Positions 13,162 through 27,492 of a DNA stretch of 64,000 nt are shown one piece after another. The notes below the pieces were generated by a model. The model had not been told where the DNA came from. It did no database searches and saw nothing but the letters and a program-made list of their open reading frames with translations. The DNA comes from Dictyostelium discoideum (taxonomy: Eukaryota), in contig CM000151.3 of assembly GCA_000004695.1 (NCBI GenBank), positions 3,488,001 through 3,552,000 on the forward strand, read 5' to 3'. Positions within the stretch are counted from its first letter, which is position 1, and each line of letters begins with the position of its first letter. The translations under genes and the position numbers were made by a program.

Positions 13162-13588
13162 ATGTTAAATCATAACCAAGAAGAAAATGATATTCAAGAA
13201 ATAATATCTGATACTGATTCAGAAACGGAATCAGAATCTGATTCAGATTCAGAGAGGAATAAAGGAAAATTCAGACATAATAGTAGATTTGAATCATGTA
13301 AAAGATTTAAATCAAAAGCAAGTAAATTTAATATTAATAATAGAAAAGAAGTTATTGAAATTAGTGATGATGATGATACAGAAGATGAAGATCTTCAAAA
13401 AGCAATAGCATTTTCTTTAGGTACAACTACTATCGGAAATAATAATAATAATAATCGTTCACATATATTATCAATGATTAGAAATAAAAATAATTCTTCA
13501 CCACCTTTACTTGAAAATTCAATTGATAGAAATCAATTTTATTCAAATAAAAAATCATCATCATCATATAATAATTTTAACAATAATT

Positions 13589-13670
<82 letters not shown>

Positions 13671-13675
13671 TAATA

Positions 13676-13710
<35 letters not shown>

Positions 13711-14199
13711 GATAAAAAAGAGAGTGGTACAATTATTGGTGGAGTTTTAATTGATAAAAATGAGAATTATAAATTTAAACCAAATTCATTTTATTTAAAT
13801 TCAACAAATGAACAACCTAGAATTTGTACAATTAATACATTATCATTTAAAGATTTAATAAAGAAACCGGGAATGGTTGGAGCATTGGTAAGTGGATTTG
13901 CACTTGATCCAGAATGGGTAATAAAAGAGATACGAAAAGAACATGGTAACAAAGTTAAATTTACATTTGTAAAGAATTATAGTAAACCTGAAACAAAAGG
14001 TCGCCATGCTATTAATGATTTCATTACAGTTATTAATCCACCATTATTTAATTATCAACTATATCATTCAAAATTAATGATTTTCACGTTTGTTGATTTA
14101 GTTAGAGTTGTAATACCATCTTCAAATCCAACAAAATTTGATTATTCAGGTTGGGGTCAAACAATTTGGTTTCAAGATTTTTTAAAAAAACAACCAAAC

Positions 14200-14276
<77 letters not shown>

Positions 14277-14506
14277 AACAACAACCACAACAACAACTAC
14301 TACTACTACTACAACTGCAACTGCAACAAATAATTCAAATTCAAATTCAAATAATGAATTGGGTATTGAATTTTTAAATGGTTTAAAACACTTTTTAAAA
14401 AGTTCTGGTGTTGAAGAGTTTGCTTTTTTGGATGATTTTGATTATTCAAATTGTGCAGTTAAATTAATAACATCAATCCCAGGAATTTATAAATTAGAAA
14501 AATCAA

Positions 14507-14569
<63 letters not shown>

Positions 14570-15047
14570 GTAATGATGAAAATGTTGATAAAACAAGTTC
14601 AAGTTTTGGTAGTGGTATTTATACATTACAAAAATATTTAAATCAATATTACAAGGATCAAGAAAATAATACAGTAGTAAATGAAAATCAATCACCTCCA
14701 TATAAATATGTAAAGGATTTATATTGTCAAACATCATCTTTAGGTGGTGATAGAAGTGATTTTAGAAATGTTTTTACAAATTACGTACTATGCAATAATC
14801 AAAATCAAAATTCAAATAATCAAAAAAGAAATAAAAGTGTATTGAGTGACAAGCCATTACATATTATTTTTCCAACTAAAAATTGGATAAGAGGTAATCC
14901 AATTAGAGCTATGACTTCAGGTTGTTTATTTTTATCAGTTAAAAACTATGATAATGATAATTCATCTTTTAGTCATTTTTCTTCAAAATATTTTTATCGT
15001 AAAGATTTAGTTCATCATAGTAAAATTATGGTTGGTACAACTACCTT

Positions 15048-15087
<40 letters not shown>

Positions 15088-15366
15088 AATAATAATAATT
15101 ATAATAATAATGATGATAGAATAAAATATGATTGGGTATATACTGGTAGTCATAATTTTTCTTTATCAGCTTGGGGTGCTTTCCAAAAGAATGAAAGTCA
15201 AGTATCAATTTCAAATTTTGAAATTGGTGTTTTATTATTGAATCCAAATCCATCATTAAATGATTTCACTTTACCTGATTGGGTGAGAAATATTCCTTTC
15301 AATATACCATCAAATTTTTATAAACCAAATGAAGTTCCATTCATTCAAGAAGTAGAATTTAATTAA
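13162..15366 (+). CDS. Tyrosyl-DNA phosphodiesterase 1 (TDP1) homolog with an N-terminal ubiquitin-interacting motif (UIM) and long poly-Asn/Thr inserts
   Basis: UIM: DDTEDEDLQKAIAFSLG. The two HKN motifs of TDP1/PLD superfamily: HSKLMIFTFVDLVRVVIPSSN...GWGQTIWFQDF (human [21 protein letters not shown]...QGIWLSPLY) and WVYTGSHNFSLSAWGAFQKNESQVSISNFEIGVLLL (human [36 protein letters not shown]). Confidence 0.85.
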
Positions 15367-16468
15367 TTTTAATTTTTTAACAAAAAAAAAAAAAAAAAAA
15401 TAAAAAAAAAACTAAATTAACCATTATTTTAAAATTGTTTGTAAATAAAAAAAAATAAATAAAGAGAATAAAAAAAAAGATTAAAATAACAATTGTTAAA
15501 ATAAGGAAAAAACTAAGATTATATTAAAATAATACCCCTTTTACGATTTTCCTATTTTGAATATTTTCAGATTAGGGAATTTTCTTTTTGGCTATTGGAT
15601 TTTACTTAAAATAGTAAAAATTCCTTTTTAAAATTTCAAATAATTTTTAAAATTGAAAAATGATCGAGTATAAAAAGAATAAACTTTTTTGAAAATAAAA
15701 AAAAAAATAATCACTCAAACAAATGTAAAAAAAATAAAAAATAGCAAATAGAAAAAAAAAGTAAACCTGACTCTTTTTAAAAAGGTTTAGATAAAAGTTG
15801 ATTGATTATTTAAATTAAAAAAGAAAAAGGTAAAGTAACTATTAATCTAACTTAAAATTTTTTTTTTTATTTTATTGAAAAAAAAAAAAAAGAAAAAATG
15901 TTTTTCATTATAACAATTATAATCTTGATAATAATATTATATGAATCAATACTAATCAAATGATAGAGAAAGGAAAGATTTATCTATGCACTATATCATA
16001 AAGATCATATAAATATTATTTTCAAAATAATAAAATGAACCAACACCAATCAAATGTAAGAGAAAGGATAGATTTATCTATACACTATGGCATTTTGAGA
16101 AGATGATTTCATTTAAAAAATTAAAACTAAAAAACTAAAAAAAAAGTAAAAATTTTTTTTTTCATTGTTATTTAATTAATTTCCAAATTAGAATAATAAG
16201 AACAAATTTTTTTTTTATTTTTATATTTTTTTTTTTTTTTTTTTATTGAAAGAATTAAAAAAGAGTTGATTCTATCAGAAACATCTTTTTTTTAATTAAT
16301 GAATTATACTTTTGTTATTTTTATTTTTTTTTTTTTTATTTTTTATTTTTTTTTTTTTATTTTTTTCACTTTTTTTTTTTTTTTTTTTTTGAATTTTTTT
16401 TTTTAATAATTAAATAATACTTTGTACTTTTTTTTTTTTTTAATCAATTATTTAAAATAAAATTTAAA

Positions 16469-17086
16469 ATGGATAGTTGTGATTATAAATCATATGCACA
16501 GGCATTAGATTTAGTTAATGATAAAGAATTAATTGAAGAATATAAGAAATATCATAAAAATGTTTGGAAAGAAGTAAATGAAGCATTATGCTCAATAGGA
16601 ATTAAAAAAATGAAGGTAAATTTTACAATTATAATAATTGATTTCATTTATTATTTATTATTTATTATTTTTAATTTAATTATCCATAAAAATTTATTTT
16701 CTAATTTTTTTTTTTTTTTTTTTTTTTCTAAATTTAGATTTTTTTACTTGGAACCCATCTTTTTATGTATTATGAAGCAAGAGCTGATTTTGATCCAAAA
16801 ATTGATTTCCAAAAATATACAGAATTAACACCAAAAGCAAATGAATGGGATAACTTAATGAGGTAAATTTAGATCTTTTTTTTTTTTTTTTTTTTTTTTT
16901 TTATTCCTATAATATTTATTAAATATTATTTTTTTTATTAATGTTGTATAAAATTTATATTTTTTATTTTTAAAAAAAAGAAAATTTCAACAAAAAATAT
17001 CTGATATTCCAGAAAATCAATTAGGTGAATGGTGGAGTCCAATGGATTTAGTTTATGATTTGGATTGGTTTAAACAACAACAATAA
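16469..17086 (+). CDS. L-rhamnose mutarotase-like (RhaM/DUF718 family) small protein. Three exons, 16469..16615, 16738..16862 and 16981..17086.
   Basis: Exon 1 (EEYKKYHKNVWKEVNEAL) matches RhaM EEYQRRHNPIWPELEAVL. Exons 2-3 encode IFLLGTHLFMYYEA...GEWWSPMDLVYDLDWF. Donors are GTAAAT and splice phases are consistent. Confidence 0.65.
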
Positions 17087-17654
17087 AAAATTAAAAATAA
17101 TTAATTAAAAAAAGTAATAATAAAAATGATAATTAATATTTTTTTTTTTTTTTTTTTTTTTAAAATAAAATAAATTTAACTTTTTAAACACACACAAAAC
17201 AAAAAAGAGGATAGATAAATGTTATTTTTTTAATTTTATTATTACTATATCTTGATATTATAAAATTACTATAAAATAATATAATAAATAATAATAATAA
17301 TAATAATAAATTTTAATATTTATATTTTTTTTTATTTATTCTTTTTTTTTTTTTTACAGATAAATCCATTTTTTTTATTTTATTTTTTTTTTTTTTTTTC
17401 TTTTTTTTTAAATTAAAAATTAAATCCACCTTCTTTTTTTTTTTTTTTATTTTTTTATTTTTTTAATTTTTTTTTTTTTTTTTTTTATTATTATTTTTTT
17501 ATTTTTTTATTTTTTTTTTTTGTTGTTATTGTTTTTTTTCTTTATTCTTAAAAACAGCTAAATAAATTATTTAGTTCAATTATATATATATAAAATTAAT
17601 CATATAATAATAAATTCATTAATTCAAACAGAAGAATCTTTAGATGATGATCAA

Positions 17655-19927
<2,273 letters not shown>

Positions 19928-20571
19928 AAAAAAAAATAATAAAAATAAAAAATAAAATTAAATTTCAAATTTTTTTTTTTTTTTTTTTTATATATATTTT
20001 TTTATTTTTTTTTAGGGTACTTTATGATAAACTTCAAAACAACTAGGATTCATAGGTTTGCCATGTTGGCATTCAAATCTTGTTTGAATTTTGCAATTTG
20101 GACGACATTGGAATTTTTTAGAGGTATTAAATGGGGTGATATGTAAAATGGTCACCACATGTATCTTTTCTCAAAGAATTGTTTTAGAAGTTCTGATAGG
20201 TACTCAAGATAGTCTATGGGGTTATTTTTTTTTTATGTATTAAATAACTATATTCAATATAAACATTCTTCAATATTGAAAACCCACCATTTATATGATT
20301 TATGAGAATGGCTATACATTTGAGCCAATTTGTTGAAAGTAAATATAGAATAGAATCATTATTCCCATTACAAGCAAATATATACTCATCAATAGAATAT
20401 ATTTGGCTTGGTGAAATCAATGATTGGGTGTTTTTTTCAAACAAACTCAAAAAATCTCAAATATTATATGTTAATTTAGGTATTTTATAATTTGTAATTC
20501 GTGTATATCACATGTTAAAATTTAAAAAATTTATTTATTTTTATTTAAAAGAAATAAAATTATTTATTTTT

Positions 20572-21483
20572 TTAAATGGATGATCCACTTCCTGTACCAC
20601 TTCCACTTGCACTTCCACTATTACTACTTCCACTATTACCACTTCCACTATTACTACTTCCACTATTACTTCCACTATTACTACTTCCACTATTACTACT
20701 TCCACTATTACTGCTTCCACTATTACTACCAGATGCACTACCAGATGCACTACCAGAAGCACTACCAGATGCACTACCAGAGGATGTTGAACAACCACTA
20801 CCAGATCCATAAAAATCTAAATCAACACTAACACCACATTGATTTGTATTGCCAATATATTGTTTCATTGCTGGTGAAGTCCAACCACCAAATTCATAAA
20901 AAGCGGTATCGGAAAAAGATGGATTATCATCATAATGAGCATACCAAAGTGGATATTGACTTAGAGTTGATAAATTACCAACAGTTTGTGGCCATTCTCC
21001 TTCACTACTGTATACACCTACTAGAACACCAAGACCTTGTGCAGTTTCAACAGCTTCTTGAACATAATCGGCATTATCACTCTCTGCTCCCCAACAACCA
21101 TCACATTGTTCAACATCAATCCATAACATATTGAAATTGATACCATCGGATTTTAAACTAGAAACTAAACTTTGAATTGCACTTGATGCTGGATAATTAC
21201 CATCACATTCACTACATAAAAATGCATAAAGATCAATATTATCGAAACCAGCTTGTTCTGCTGCCGATACAACAGATGAAATATTTGAATTATATTGACC
21301 ACCTCCTGACCACACTTGAATTATAACTCTTTGATTATTACTAGCTAAACATGACCATTGAGAATCTGAAATTCCAACTGAAATCTCTGATGAGAAATCA
21401 ATGGCACATTCACCACTGACGAAAATAACAATAGATAAAATAATACTTGATATTATTAAAAAAATATTATTCATTTTATTCAT
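20572..21483 (-). CDS. Secreted GH25-type (Entamoeba/Chalaropsis-type) lysozyme-like protein with a C-terminal (Gly-Ser-Ala/Asn)n tail
   Basis: Signal peptide MNKMNNIFLIISSIILSIVIFVSG. The GH25 fold pattern is present: VIIQVWSGGGQY...AGFDNIDLYAF, MLWIDVEQ, PLWYAHYDD, GGWTSPAMKQY, VDLDFY. Tail is SGSASGSASGS...SNSGSSNSGS. Confidence 0.55.
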   Translation of the reverse strand: MNKMNNIFLIISSIILSIVIFVSGECAIDFSSEISVGISDSQWSCLASNNQRVIIQVWSGGGQYNSNISSVVSAAEQAGFDNIDLYAFLCSECDGNYPASSAIQSLVSSLKSDGINFNMLWIDVEQCDGCWGAESDNADYVQEAVETAQGLGVLVGVYSSEGEWPQTVGNLSTLSQYPLWYAHYDDNPSFSDTAFYEFGGWTSPAMKQYIGNTNQCGVSVDLDFYGSGSGCSTSSGSASGSASGSASGSASGSNSGSSNSGSSNSGSSNSGSNSGSSNSGSGNSGSSNSGSASGSGTGSGSSI

Positions 21484-22355
21484 TTTTTAAAATATGTATA
21501 AAAATAAAAATAATTAAAATTTGGGTGTGATTTAAATAGTTTTTTTTTTTTTTTTTTTTTTCAAAAAAAAAATTCTAAAATATCTAAAAATATCACAAAA
21601 TATCAAAAAAAAAAAAAAAAAAAAAAATATCTAGAGAAAATTTTAAAAAAAAAAAATTAATATATTAAAATTAAAATTTTAAAATATTATTATTTAAATT
21701 ATCCTAAATTTTTAATTATTTTAAAACAAGTCCCTGGTGACTTTACCAATATTAAAAATAAATTTTAATTAAAAAATAATATTTTTTTTTTAGTTTTAAA
21801 ATTTGATTTTCTTTTTTTTTTTTTTTTTTAATAAAAATCGATGGAAAATTATTTTTAATATAAACAAAACCAATTTTATTAAATTAAAAAAGTAAATTTT
21901 GTTAAATAGTTTGAAAAAAAGGTGGAACAATTGTAACATGTTCAAATGTTTCATTTATTATAATTTTTTTTTTTTTAATATTGATTAATCACTTTTTAAC
22001 TATTAAATCAAATATTCAGTAATTTATAGGATTATAATCCTACACATACCGAATTTCTCAAATTCTGTAGCTCTATTAGACATAGAATTCAAAGACCAAG
22101 AATCTAGGCAATCAATAAATCCAAAAGAAGAGAAGAGACAATAAGAGCTAAGGATACATCCCTCAAATTCATTTTGAAAAAAAGATACTATTATTTTTAT
22201 TGTTATTTTTTTTTTCAGTTTTAAAATTAAATCAATATTTTTTTTTTTTTTTTTTTACCTGTGATCAGACCTTCAAGGAATGTCCTTGTGTCTTTTCGGC
22301 GGTGTTTGTTAAACGGTTTTATTTTTATTATTCAATTGTATTAAATTTTTTAAAC

Positions 22356-22365
<10 letters not shown>

Positions 22366-22430
<65 letters not shown>
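22366..22430 (-). repeat. Poly(A) tail, about 65 nt, of the TRE3-like element (T-run on the + strand)
   Basis: A homopolymer lies directly after the ORF2 stop. Confidence 0.6.
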
Positions 22431-22435
22431 ACTAC

Positions 22436-25400
22436 TTAAATTGGAAGAGGGTTCGGAGCTGCTGGGGTTTGCCAGGCTTTGTTGAATTTGTATTTGTGAA
22501 GATCTTGATTGGTGTTTTTTAGTATTGCTTCGTCGTGTTTGATTTTCTTTAGTGTGATGAATTTTTCAGTTTCGATGAGATTTAGTAATTCTGTTTCTAT
22601 GACCTTTTGCTCGAATTTTGGCTCTGGTTTGCTTTCATCAGTGTTGAACAATTTGTGACAGATTATCTTCCATAATTGGTGTGCTATTATTCCTATGAGA
22701 TTGGGGAAGATTCTCTCAGTTCTGTTGTATTTTGATATGTCTAAGGTATCCATTGACCATCTTTGGATTTTGATGAATGATAATTTGTTAACTGTTGATA
22801 TGATGGTTTTTTCAATATCTAGGATATCTTGGCATAGAGTGAAGAGGTGAGAATAAGGGTCTCTGAATAGGTGGCCACAGATCTTGCATCTGGTGTCTCT
22901 TTCGTGGTTGATACCTGGAAGTGATCTTGAGAAGAATCTGAAGAGGGTGTTTCTACCTTTTTGGTGAGAAATGCTGTTGATGTTTATGAATACTTTGGGT
23001 ATTGCTGTGTTGTATCTCACCGCCCATAACTTCTGCCATTCTGTTCTTCTTGGTGTTGGGTGTCTGTCTTTGATCATGAGTTCGTAAATTTCTTTCAGTT
23101 TTAGTGGTTCATCATTGTCGTTTCTTATACAGTCTGGAAGTTCATTTATCTTTGGATGGTTTTGGTAAAATTTGACTCTGAATACACCCCAGTGTCTGCA
23201 CATATCGTTGAGGGTTGAAGTGTGGGCTTTTTTCTACTTAATTGCTCCATGTACCATTCTTGTAAGGTATTGTTGTTGTTGTTGTAGTTGTTATGGAGTA
23301 GCCTGTTCATGTACCAGATTTTGAATGCTATATGTCTTAGTTCTATATCCCATAATTTTATGCCTCCTTCTTTCCAATCTGCATATGCTCTGTCTATTTT
23401 CATCATAGTTTTGTATTTTCTCTCTTCTGTATATGTATTCTTAACTGAGGAGAATAAGAACCATCTGGTCATGTTATTGATTTCCTCAATTTGTTCTTCA
23501 TTTAGATTATCCATGTATTGATGGTATGTTAATTTGGATAGAACGTATGTTTTGAGAATTGTCATCTTTGCCTTCATCGTTATTGCTTGTGATTTCCATT
23601 TGATTAGATTGTTTTTCATTTCTTGGATTAAAGTGTTGTATTTTGAATTTAAACCTGTTTTGGTGAAATTGAGGCCAAGATATCTTTCTGGGACTGTACT
23701 CTCTTGGAATGGTAGATCGTGTGGTTTATCTCCTATTGCTATCATTACTGTTTTCTCTTTGTTTAACGATGATGACGTTGCTGAGCAGTACTTTTGGATT
23801 TTAGTATTAATTTTCATTAGTTCTTCTGTGGAGTTTGTAAAGGTTGCTATGTCGTCAGCAAATGCAGTGAGTTTTAATGATTTGGAATTTGGTAGAGTGA
23901 AGCCTTTGATTGTATTATCATTGATGATATCTATTAGAAGTGGTTCTAAAACTAGAGCAAAGATTGTTGGTGATATTGGGTCTCCTTGTTTTGTTCCTGT
24001 TCTGATTGTTATTCCATTGACTAAAAAGTCGTTGATCTTTATTTTGTTTTTAGTATCTTTGAGTAGGTTTAGTAGGATCGCTGTGAATTTTGGGGGGATA
24101 CCAATATGCTCTAATGTTCTTGTGATACTCTTGTGGCTGATTGAATCGAATGCTTTGTTAAAATCGTAAAAGGTAATGAGTGTATTGTTCTTTCTTTTGT
24201 TACTTATTTCTATTACTTCCTTCATGATCTGAATATTGTCTTGGATGAACCTGTTTGGAACAAAGCCGTTTTGAAATTTGTTGATAATTTTACTGGTGAT
24301 ATCTAATAATCTACTGTTGAGAATTTTGCTTAAAATTTTGTAATCTGTATTGAGAAGGGTGATTGGTCTTCTATTTGAAATGTTTAGTTCATCTCCTTTT
24401 TTGAATATTGTTGTTATTACTCCTTCTTTGAATTTTGTGGGGATTTCTTTCTTATTTGTGAGGAGGTCGTTGAAAGCTATAGTCAATATTCTTGCTATTG
24501 AGTTGATGTGGTACTTGTAGAATAGTGCATTGATACCGTCTAAACCTGGAGATTTGTGGATACTTGAAGTTTTGATTGCTTTGGTCACTTCATGTATTCT
24601 TATCGGTCTGTCTATCTCGAGTTTCTTGATTAAATCAACGTCTACTTCCCATTTTTCTAATAACTTCTTGTGGGTTTCTTCGTTATCTTCTTTCTCTTCA
24701 TATTGATCTTGATAGAATTCAACAAATCTTTTTGCTATGTTCTCTTTATCTGATATGGTCTTATTATCTTTATCTTTTATTTGGAATATTGATTTATCTT
24801 TGGCTCTGGATTTAAGGATACTTGTGAGGTATTTGCTTGGTGTTTCTTGATGCAGGTGGAGTTTTAATTTTATATCCCATGCTTTTACCTTTCTTTCTTC
24901 TTCTAATATTCTACTTATTTCTTCATTGAGTTCTTTTCTCATCTTTGGAATGATATCACTATTTCCAAGTAATTTGTGGATTACGTATTTTCTTTTGTTC
25001 TTTTCTTTCTTTATTTTGTTTTGTTCTTTTTTTAAATAATCTCTGATGACATTATTTTTAAATTTCGTCCATTCCTCCACTGATTTGATCTTATCTTTGT
25101 TCTTACTGATTAATTCTGATAACCCATCATGTATATGTTTGTTGTTGAGAATTTCTTTACATAATGTCCAAGGGAGTCTTTCTAGTTTGGTTGTTGTTGT
25201 TGTTGTTGTTGTTTCTCTGTTGGTTTGTATTGTGATTGTGATGGGAAAGTGATCTGATTTGTTGAATACTGTGTTGTGGACTACCAGTTTTGAATTTTGG
25301 TTTAGTAGTGTTGGATGACAGTAGATTCTATCTAGTCTCTTCATTGATCTTGGAAATGTTGGAGTGTTTTCTTCAATACCAGTATCTAGTAGCATGTCTT

Positions 25401-25881
25401 GGTCTATTATTTTACGTAATTCAGTACCGAAGAAGCTGTTGCAATCGTGGTTGTTATTGAAGTCGCCTGCTATTATTTGATGGTTGATTGAATTATATTT
25501 TTTAAACAGTGATTTTGAGTTGATTATGAAGGTGTTTCTTTCAGATATAGTCGCTGGAGCATTGATCAATAATATGTTGATAGAATTAAAGGAATTGTAT
25601 TTAATTGATAGTATTCTACCATCATCGTCTTTGAAGTTTATTGATATGTGGCCTTTTCTTGTATCTCTATTTTCTATTGCTATGCCAGTTCCTTTACCTG
25701 AACCATGATCTATTCTTTCAAAGTTGAACATTGTTTTGTGGTGGTTGAATCCATTGAAATTAGTTTCAGTTAGGAGTGTTAATTGAGTGCCAATTCTTTT
25801 TATCGTTTCTTCTGTTTTATTCTTAGCGTTGGTTGATTGATTACCTCTGCAGTTCCATAGTAATAATTTTAATTGTTCCAT
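22436..25881 (-). CDS. TRE3-like ORF2: apurinic-type endonuclease + reverse transcriptase + C-terminal CCHC-like domain. It is split by an apparent frameshift at 23146-23203 into a 911-aa ORF and a 255-aa ORF.
   Basis: RT motifs FYDFNKAFDSISHKSI, QGDPISPTIFALVLEPL, AFADDIATF. C-terminal CKICGHLFRDPYSHLFTLC. The endonuclease N-terminus starts LLLWNCRGN. Confidence 0.7.
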
Positions 25882-25950
25882 TATTTTCTAATACTACTGG
25901 CAATTGGAAACTTGGTACCATTGCTTGTAGTAATTTTATTGATAGGTTTT

Positions 25951-25985
<35 letters not shown>

Positions 25986-26762
25986 TTTGTTTAGGTTGTT
26001 GATTGTTGTATTGCTTGTTGGTAATTGATGTGTGATTGTTGTTGGTGTGGTTGTTGTTTGTGTGGTTGTTATTGGTGTGGTTGTTATTGGTGTGGTTGTT
26101 GATGCATTAGTTGTTGGTGGAGTTGATGGTATTGGTTTAGTTGTATTTGTAGTTGTTGGTTGTTGATTTTTATTACTTGTGTTTTTTTTTTTTCTAACAT
26201 CTCTTATTTCTTTATTGTTATATTCAGAGATGAAGGCTCTTATTGGATGCTTACTACCTTTTATAGCATCAATGTTTGTTTTAATGATTGAGATATCATC
26301 TTCTTTGTTAAATAATAGAATGCATGAATATCTAATCACATCTGGTAGCATTACTATGTTGCATTCATCTATTAGTAATGGCTCCAATCCCCAGTTTTCT
26401 TTTACCATTTGATTGTTTATTTTTTTTATTATGTTTTTTGTAAATGTGTAAAAGTGGACATAGTGATATCCTGGGGTGTAAAGTATGAATTTTTGCAGTG
26501 GGAAATCTTCATACTTGAAAGTGCTGTAACACTCGTGTAATAATGTGAATTTTTCTTTTAGTATTCTACCAAATACTGTTATACCTTTTTGTCTTCTGAC
26601 AATGTTAAGAGTACCATTAACTATGAAATTATCTATTAATTTTGTTGAATTACTATTTAATTCCAAGGTATGTGGGTAGAATAACCTTATTTGAATAGTT
26701 TTTTTATTTAACTCTTCTTCGCCTAAGTTGAGTTCACCTTTAAGTTTATCGAAAAAATTCAT
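25881..26762 (-). CDS. TRE3-like ORF1 (293 aa) with a Thr/Pro-rich C-terminus
   Basis: First ORF of the element. Its stop overlaps the ORF2 ATG (TAATG). Confidence 0.6.
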
Positions 26763-27060
26763 TTTTTTTTTTTTTTTTTTTTTTTTAGATTATTTTTATT
26801 ATTTTTTTTTTTTAATTATGTGTTTATATAAAAATATTTTTGATTTTTATTTTTATTTTTTTTTTTCTTTATCGTTTATTCAGATCTATTCTTATTCCCA
26901 ATCCAAGGATTGAAGGAATTAGTGTGTAGAGTAGATAGATTGAATGTAGTTGATGTTAGATTGATGGATATGTTTTTCTGTATCTAGTATCCGTTTGATC
27001 AACTGTAGGCTTTTAATTTTTTTAAAATTAAATCAATATGGAATTTAATTCTTTAAAATA

Positions 27061-27071
27061 GGAATCGAACT
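27061..27071 (-). promoter_or_regulatory. External B box (ex-B box, GGTTCGAnTCC-like) about 30 bp downstream of tRNAi-Met copy A
   Basis: Minus-strand AGTTCGATTCC. A downstream ex-B box is typical of Dictyostelium tRNA genes. Confidence 0.55.
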
Positions 27072-27100
27072 AGCGACATATTCTGTATAATTTTAAAATT

Positions 27101-27172
27101 TAGCTTCTCTAGGTTTCGATCCTAGGACCTCGAGGTTATGGGCCTCGCACTCTACCCCTGAGTTAAGAAGCT
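27101..27172 (-). tRNA. Initiator tRNA-Met (anticodon CAU), copy A
   Basis: A1:U72, C33 in the loop CCCAUAA, T-loop GGATCGAAACC and discriminator A. Near-identical to the human tRNAi-Met core (GGCCCATAACC...GAGGTC...GGATCGAAACC...GCTA). Confidence 0.85.
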
Positions 27173-27492
27173 GTCGATTCAAGCTAACGAATCTTATGAT
27201 TTTTCTGTAATAAAGTTACTCTATAAAATTAATAGATATTAAATATGCATATTACATTACTAATTATAGTTGACACACATTTAAATAATATAATAATAAT
27301 AATAATAATACTGTCAACTCATTATAAATAATATAAATACTAAAGAATAATTTTATAAACAATATTGAATATTATAAATATAAACTAATATTAAATAAAG
27401 ATAACAAAGTATTATTCAATTATATAATTATTAATTATATATTTATAAAGCTAACAAGCTTTATTACATTTCATATCAAATAACTAAATGTT

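Larger units (their letters stand above)
22431..27056 (-). mobile_element. TRE3-like (Tdd-3/TRE3-A type) tRNA-gene-targeted non-LTR retrotransposon inserted about 50 bp downstream of initiator tRNA-Met, in the same orientation as the tRNA
   Basis: ORF1 then ORF2 (APE endonuclease + RT + C-terminal Cys-His region), with a TAATG overlap, then a poly(A) tail. The 5' junction coincides with the boundary of inverted-repeat arm A (about 27056). Confidence 0.75.
27056..27477. repeat. Inverted-repeat arm A (about 420 bp, about 97% identical to 30203-30625 in reverse complement). It contains tRNAi-Met, the ex-B box and AT-rich flanks.
   Basis: Direct reverse-complement comparison, e.g. 27181-27240 versus 30441-30500. 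The boundaries are sharp at both ends. Confidence 0.8.

Noticed and set aside
19990-20230. GC-richer noncoding stretch with the TGCCATGTTGGCA palindrome downstream of the TraB gene, considered as a ncRNA or transposon remnant
   Set aside because: There is no recognisable structure, repeat ends or homology to anything else in the window, so the evidence is insufficient.
23288-25708. Plus-strand ORFs (23288-23521, 23534-24169, 25046-25252, 25484-25708, 26179-26412) inside the TRE3-like element
   Set aside because: They are antisense to the endonuclease/RT ORF2 and ORF1, so they are chance open frames.
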